DNA from: Dehalococcoidia bacterium
GTDB taxonomy: Bacteria > Chloroflexota > Dehalococcoidia > Tepidiformales > Tepidiformaceae
DNA: 64,000 nt
Assembly (NCBI GenBank): GCA_022827945.1
Contig: JAJEIT010000060.1
Coordinates: forward strand, 34,184-98,183
Direction of reading: 5' to 3'
In this document: positions 60,121 to 64,000 of the stretch, one piece after another
Layout: each line of letters starts with the position of its first letter
Position numbering within the stretch: the first letter of the stretch is position 1
Notes under the pieces: model-generated
Told to the model about the DNA's origin: nothing
The model's database searches: none
The model's input: only the letters and a program-made list of their open reading frames with translations
Made by a program: the position numbers and the translations under genes

Positions 60121-60948
60121 CTGGACGCGTACCTGCACCGAATCGGCCTGGACGAGCGTCCAGACGCGGACGAGGACGGCTTGCGGGCGGTCCACCGGGC
60201 GCACCACTTCTCCATCCCGTTCGAGAATCTCGACATCCACCTGGGGCGGTCGTACTCGTTCGCGACGCGGCACCTGATGCAGAAGATGGTGACTCGTCGG
60301 CGGGGCGGGTTCTGCTACGAACTCAACCTGCTGCTGGCGGCCGCGCTGCGCGGGCTCGGGTTCGAGGTGGACGTGATGGAAGGGCAGATGCGGCGGCGGG
60401 AGGGGGGCTTCGGGCCGCCCTATGACCACATGACCCTGCGCGTCGGCATGCCGGACAAGGACTGGCTGGCGGACGTGGGGAACGGGGAGACGTTCCAGCA
60501 GCCGCTGCCGTGGGACGGGAGCTGGACGCCGCAGGAGCGGGGTGGGGTCTACCGCGTGGTGCGGCGCGAGGATGGGGAGCCGGCTAAGGAGGGGCGAGCG
60601 GCCTCGGCGAAGGCGTGGCAGGTCGAGTATCGCGAGAGCGAGGCGGCGGAGCGGGAGGTGGTCTACCACTTTCGCTCGGCGCCGACGACGGCGGAGGGGT
60701 TCCTGCCGATGCTGGCGTTCCACACAACTTCGGCCAAGTCGCAGTTCACGAAAGGGTGGATCGTGACGCGGCCGCTCGAAGGCGGCGGGCGGATCACGGC
60801 GGCGCGAGGCCTGCTGATGACGACGCGCGAGGGGAAGATGGAGCGCCATGCGATCGGCTCCGCGAGCGAGCTGGAGCGGATCCTGGCGGAGGAGTTCCGG
60901 ATGCTGCCGGTGGCGGTGCCACCGTCGTGGTTCAGCCGGGGAGGTTAG
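60121..60948 (+). CDS. Arylamine N-acetyltransferase (NAT); conserved N-terminus lies upstream of any canonical start codon
   Basis: The track ORF starts at TTG 60181. The frame is open from 60055 and reads ..GGDSLDAYLHRIGLDERPDADEDGLRAVHRAHHFSIPFENLDIHLG..GGFCYELN (catalytic Cys). The LDAYLxRIG segment is a conserved NAT N-terminus. Only CTG codons (60082, 60085, 60121) are available, and GGGGG runs lie 7-8 nt upstream of 60082 and 60121. Confidence 0.7.
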   Translation: MDAYLHRIGLDERPDADEDGLRAVHRAHHFSIPFENLDIHLGRSYSFATRHLMQKMVTRRRGGFCYELNLLLAAALRGLGFEVDVMEGQMRRREGGFGPPYDHMTLRVGMPDKDWLADVGNGETFQQPLPWDGSWTPQERGGVYRVVRREDGEPAKEGRAASAKAWQVEYRESEAAEREVVYHFRSAPTTAEGFLPMLAFHTTSAKSQFTKGWIVTRPLEGGGRITAARGLLMTTREGKMERHAIGSASELERILAEEFRMLPVAVPPSWFSRGG

Positions 60949-61421
60949 CCCGGGGGCAGCAGCTCCACCACGTCGCCGGGGAGGAGGGGGCCGCCCGCGA
61001 TCACCCTCGCGTAGGCGCGGCTCCAGCCGGGGTTGGTCTTCTGGTTGATGCGGTTGAAGTCCCTGCCGGCGAAGTTGGCCTCGATCTTGTAGCAGGGCGC
61101 GGTGTAGCCCGTGACCTCGATGAGGACGGCTTCGCCAAGGCGCAGGCGTGAGCCGGGCGCGACCGCGTCCCAGTCCAGGCCGGTGATGGTGATGTTCTCG
61201 CCGGCGCCTCCAGGACCGATCGAGTGGCCTTCGGCCTGCAGGGCCTTGATGCGCTCGAGGGAGAAGAGGCAGAGGGCGCGCTCGGGGCCACCGTGGTGCT
61301 CCGTGTTCGCCTGGCGGTCGCCCTCGACGCCGAGCGTCCCGATGACGGCGCGCTCGATCGGAAGCTTGGGTACGCCGCCGTCCGAGACGTTGATGTGGGT
61401 GATGGTCGCCCGAGCGGTCAT
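60945..61421 (-). CDS. MOSC domain-containing protein
   Basis: 158 aa. ATGA overlap with the upstream gene. Has GVEGDRQANTEHHGGPERALCLFS and GENITITGLD, with a conserved Cys in TGYTAPCYKI. Confidence 0.78.
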   Translation of the reverse strand: MTARATITHINVSDGGVPKLPIERAVIGTLGVEGDRQANTEHHGGPERALCLFSLERIKALQAEGHSIGPGGAGENITITGLDWDAVAPGSRLRLGEAVLIEVTGYTAPCYKIEANFAGRDFNRINQKTNPGWSRAYARVIAGGPLLPGDVVELLPPG

Positions 61422-62005
61422 GCGACTACGCTCACGCGACCGTTGTTGCGGGTGATTTCGAGCACGCTACCGGTGCAGGGATTGGGGCGGCCCTCGGTCT
61501 GGCCGAGGAGGTGAACCTCGGCGCGGATGCGGTCGCGCTCGATGTCGAGGATGGCGGCGGTCCCGAGGCGGTACTCCTTGTGGTGGGGGAGGGTGGGGCT
61601 GCCGGGGTTCACGAAGAGGACGTCTTCGCGGAACTCAAGGCGCTCGACGTGCGTATCGCCGGCGATGAGGACATCGACGCGCTCACCGTTCAGCCCTTCC
61701 TGAAGGAGGACGGGGATGGGACGGGACTCGGGGCGGAGCTCGTGGGTCATGCCCAGGCGCCAGCCTTCAAGGTCGAGCATCTGGCGCTCGGAGAGGCGAG
61801 GGTCTTCGAAGATGTCGTTGTTGCCGCGGGCGACGAGCGTGGGCGCGTGCGCCTCGCACCAGTCGAGGACGCTCGGTGCGGTGACATCGCCTGCGTGTAG
61901 AATCAGGTCCGCTGTCGCGAGCAGCTCGCGCGGGCCCGATCCGAGCTCATCCAGTTGACGGATGAGCGAGGGGAGATGGGTATCGGCGAGGAGCGCAACG
62001 CGCAC
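61418..62005 (-). CDS. Metallophosphoesterase (YfcE/MJ0936 family)
   Basis: The track ORF is a composite extending to 63319. GTG at 62005 gives (M)RVALLADTHL, followed by HAGD, GNND, GMTHE, GDTH and NPGSP, in canonical order. Confidence 0.82.
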   Translation of the reverse strand: MRVALLADTHLPSLIRQLDELGSGPRELLATADLILHAGDVTAPSVLDWCEAHAPTLVARGNNDIFEDPRLSERQMLDLEGWRLGMTHELRPESRPIPVLLQEGLNGERVDVLIAGDTHVERLEFREDVLFVNPGSPTLPHHKEYRLGTAAILDIERDRIRAEVHLLGQTEGRPNPCTGSVLEITRNNGRVSVVA

Positions 62006-62089
62006 GCGCGCACCGTACGGGACGCGCGGGCGGTGGCGCAAACGGCGGCAGGCGAAAACCCCACCGCAACCGCGATCCGAGGAGGAACG

Positions 62090-63274
62090 ATGGCGCAAGA
62101 GCGGCAGGCGGCCATCGTCGGGATCCACGAGTACCCCCTGCGGGTGGCTCCTGGTGTCTCGGCGATGAACATCAAGGTTGATTCGATCCGCGCGGCGTTG
62201 GACGACGCCGGGCTGAAGTGGAGCGACATCGACGCGATCTACGACGCACAGGACGGAGAGGCCGGGGGTGGGCTGCAACTGGCGGCCTATCTGGGCCTGC
62301 GGCCAACGGTGCTCGACACGACGCAGGTCGGCGGCTCCTCGTACGAGTTCCAGGCGGCGCACGCGATGCGCGACATCGCTGCGGGCAAGTGCAACGTGGC
62401 GGTCCTGAGCTACGGCTCGACCTCCGCCTCGAACCGTGTCGCGATCGGCACGGGCGGGCGGGGCGGTCCGGCAACGTGGGCGACGAACCTGGAAGCGCCC
62501 TACGGCTCGACGCTGATCTCGAACTACGCGATGGTCAAGCAGCGCCACAAGTTCGAGTACGGCTCGACGGACGAGCAGTTCGCGGGCATCTCGGTGGCGA
62601 CGCGGCACCACGCGATGCGCAATCCCGAGGCCGTGAAGGCGATGACGGACCTGCAGTTCGTGGGCGTGAACGAGATCACGCCGCAGGACGTGCTGGATTC
62701 GCGCATCGTGGCGGACCCGCTGCACCTGCTGGAGTGCTGCATGATCAGCGACGGCGGCGGGGCGCTGATCATCGCCTCGGCCGAGGTGGCGCGGAACTGC
62801 AAGAAGCCGCCCGTCTGGCTCATCGGCGCGGGCGAGGCGACGAAGTACCGCGAGAACGGCGGCGACATCACGACGAGCGCGGGCGCGCAGAGCGGGCCCA
62901 TCGCGTTCGGCGAGGCGGGCGTTTCGCCAGACGAGATCGACATCGCGATGATCTACGACTCGTTCACGATCACCGTGGCGGTCTGCCTGGAGGACCTCGG
63001 CTTCTGCCCCAAGGGTGAGGTCGGGGCGTACGTGGAGGGCGGGCGGTTGGCGTTCGACAGCGGCGAGGGACCGGCGCTGAACACGGACGGCGGCGGGCTC
63101 TCCTCGAACCACCCGGGCATGCGCGGCATCTTCCTGCTGCTGGAGGGCGCGCGGCAGCTGCGGGGCGAGTCGACCTCGCAGGTGCCGGACGCGAAGCTGG
63201 CCGTGGCCCACGGAAACGGCGGGCTGCTCGGTGGAACGCACACCGGCGGCACCGTGATTCTGGCGAAGGACTAG
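62090..63274 (+). CDS. Thiolase-fold protein (SCP-x/nonspecific lipid-transfer type thiolase)
   Basis: ATG at 62090 is preceded by GAGGAGG and 5 nt. 394 aa. AIVGIHEYP at the N-terminus, DPLHLLECCMISDGGGALI, NTDGGGLS and HGNGG near the C-terminus. Confidence 0.85.
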   Translation: MAQERQAAIVGIHEYPLRVAPGVSAMNIKVDSIRAALDDAGLKWSDIDAIYDAQDGEAGGGLQLAAYLGLRPTVLDTTQVGGSSYEFQAAHAMRDIAAGKCNVAVLSYGSTSASNRVAIGTGGRGGPATWATNLEAPYGSTLISNYAMVKQRHKFEYGSTDEQFAGISVATRHHAMRNPEAVKAMTDLQFVGVNEITPQDVLDSRIVADPLHLLECCMISDGGGALIIASAEVARNCKKPPVWLIGAGEATKYRENGGDITTSAGAQSGPIAFGEAGVSPDEIDIAMIYDSFTITVAVCLEDLGFCPKGEVGAYVEGGRLAFDSGEGPALNTDGGGLSSNHPGMRGIFLLLEGARQLRGESTSQVPDAKLAVAHGNGGLLGGTHTGGTVILAKD

Positions 63275-63278
63275 GACG

Positions 63279-63692
63279 ATGGCGAACCGACCACAACCGC
63301 GATTCCCCGAGCCCCACACCGAGCCGTTCTGGGAGGGCGCCCAGAAGGGCGAGCTGCGCTATCAGCGCTGCAACGACTGCGACGACGTGGTGTTCTACCC
63401 GCGTCATCACTGCCCTGCGTGCGGCTGTGGCGACCTCTCGTGGCACGTCTCCGCGGGCGAAGGCACGGTCTATACGTTCTCGGTCGTGCGGCAGAACCGC
63501 ATGCCGGGCTTCATCGACCTGGGCGCGTACTCGGTGGCCTACATCGACCTCGACGAGGGCTTCCGCATGATGAGCAGCGTCGTGGGCGTGGACGATCCGA
63601 CCACGGACATCTCGATCGGCCAGCGCGTGCGCGTGGAGTTCGAGGAGCAGGACGAGGGCGACTACCCGATTCCAGTGTTCCGCCCGATCTAA
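63279..63692 (+). CDS. Zn-ribbon/OB-fold protein (DUF35 family), usual partner of the SCP-x type thiolase
   Basis: 137 aa with a rubredoxin-like CNDCDDVVFYPRHHCPACG followed by an OB-fold. It starts 4 nt after the thiolase stop. Confidence 0.85.
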   Translation: MANRPQPRFPEPHTEPFWEGAQKGELRYQRCNDCDDVVFYPRHHCPACGCGDLSWHVSAGEGTVYTFSVVRQNRMPGFIDLGAYSVAYIDLDEGFRMMSSVVGVDDPTTDISIGQRVRVEFEEQDEGDYPIPVFRPI

Positions 63693-63704
63693 GGAGGCGA
63701 AGCG

Positions 63705-63989
63705 ATGCCGACGACGCTATGGCGGCTGAAGGTCGCCCCGGAGAAGCAGGCCGATTTCGAGCGGCTGACCTCGCAGCTCGTGCGCGACGTGGCCGAGAAC
63801 GAGCCCAGCGGCATCTTCGAGTACCGGCGCGGGGTCGAGGATCCGCTGACGTACGTGCTGTTCCTGTCGTTCGACGACGAGCAGGCGTTCCAGCGGTACT
63901 CGACGGCGGACTACCACACGGGCGCTTCCGGCCAGATCATGGAGTGCCTGGCGGAGCCGCCGGTCCCGGACGAGCTCGAGCGGTTCTAG
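63705..63989 (+). CDS. Antibiotic biosynthesis monooxygenase (ABM) / ferredoxin-like fold protein
   Basis: 94 aa. AGGAGG SD. The pattern WRLKVAPEKQADFERL...YVLFLSFDDEQAFQRYSTADYH is typical of ABM domains. Confidence 0.55.
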   Translation: MPTTLWRLKVAPEKQADFERLTSQLVRDVAENEPSGIFEYRRGVEDPLTYVLFLSFDDEQAFQRYSTADYHTGASGQIMECLAEPPVPDELERF

Positions 63990-64000
63990 GCCGCCGCGCG

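Noticed and set aside
1-64000. CRISPR arrays, rRNA/tRNA genes, IS elements, prophage or toxin-antitoxin pairs.
   Set aside because: I saw no periodic direct repeats with spacers, no tRNA-like T-arm motifs in the short intergenic gaps, and no transposase, integrase, capsid or small paired-ORF signatures while reading both strands. Absence by eye is not proof, so tRNAscan, Infernal and ISfinder-type scans should confirm it.

Overview
This is a high-GC, gene-dense bacterial chromosomal segment, most consistent with Actinomycetota or Chloroflexota, although taxonomy cannot be fixed from the sequence alone. I support about 60 CDS and found no rRNA, tRNA, CRISPR array, transposase or integrase. Many long ORFs in the supplied track are antisense or out-of-frame shadows typical of high-GC DNA. 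Several track ORFs also carry spurious N-terminal extensions, which I trimmed to starts backed by a Shine-Dalgarno (SD) site or a -10 box. The content is mainly transport and oxidative or hydrolytic catabolism. Transport genes are a LivHMGF-type ABC importer with a convergent, internally duplicated binding protein; a Dpp/Opp-type binding protein with two permeases but no ATPases; two tandem MMPL/RND transporters; and one MFS transporter. Enzyme families are highly paralogous: 3 acyl-CoA-dehydrogenase-fold proteins, 5 VOC/glyoxalase-fold proteins, 2 P450s, 2 family III CoA-transferases, 2 CocE/NonD hydrolases, 2 luciferase-like oxidoreductases, 2 aldo/keto reductases, 2 SDRs and 3 alpha/beta hydrolases. 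Single copies include a molybdopterin oxidoreductase, a GMC oxidoreductase and a thiolase plus DUF35 pair. The most anomalous locus is a single lower-GC gene with atypical codon usage (32100..33173). It encodes an HsdR-N-type PD-(D/E)xK nuclease domain, a C2H2-like zinc finger and an unassigned C-terminal domain, and it is my best candidate for an accessory or defence-like function, though this is unproven. Other observations: recurrent leaderless-type promoters with a -10 hexamer 6-8 nt from the start codon; two genes whose conserved N-termini precede any ATG/GTG/TTG; a 400-bp intergenic region with two near-identical terminator hairpins bracketing a possible small RNA; and a 23-bp inverted repeat enclosing the start of a P450 gene. 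All function calls rest on motif recognition by eye. No database search was run.
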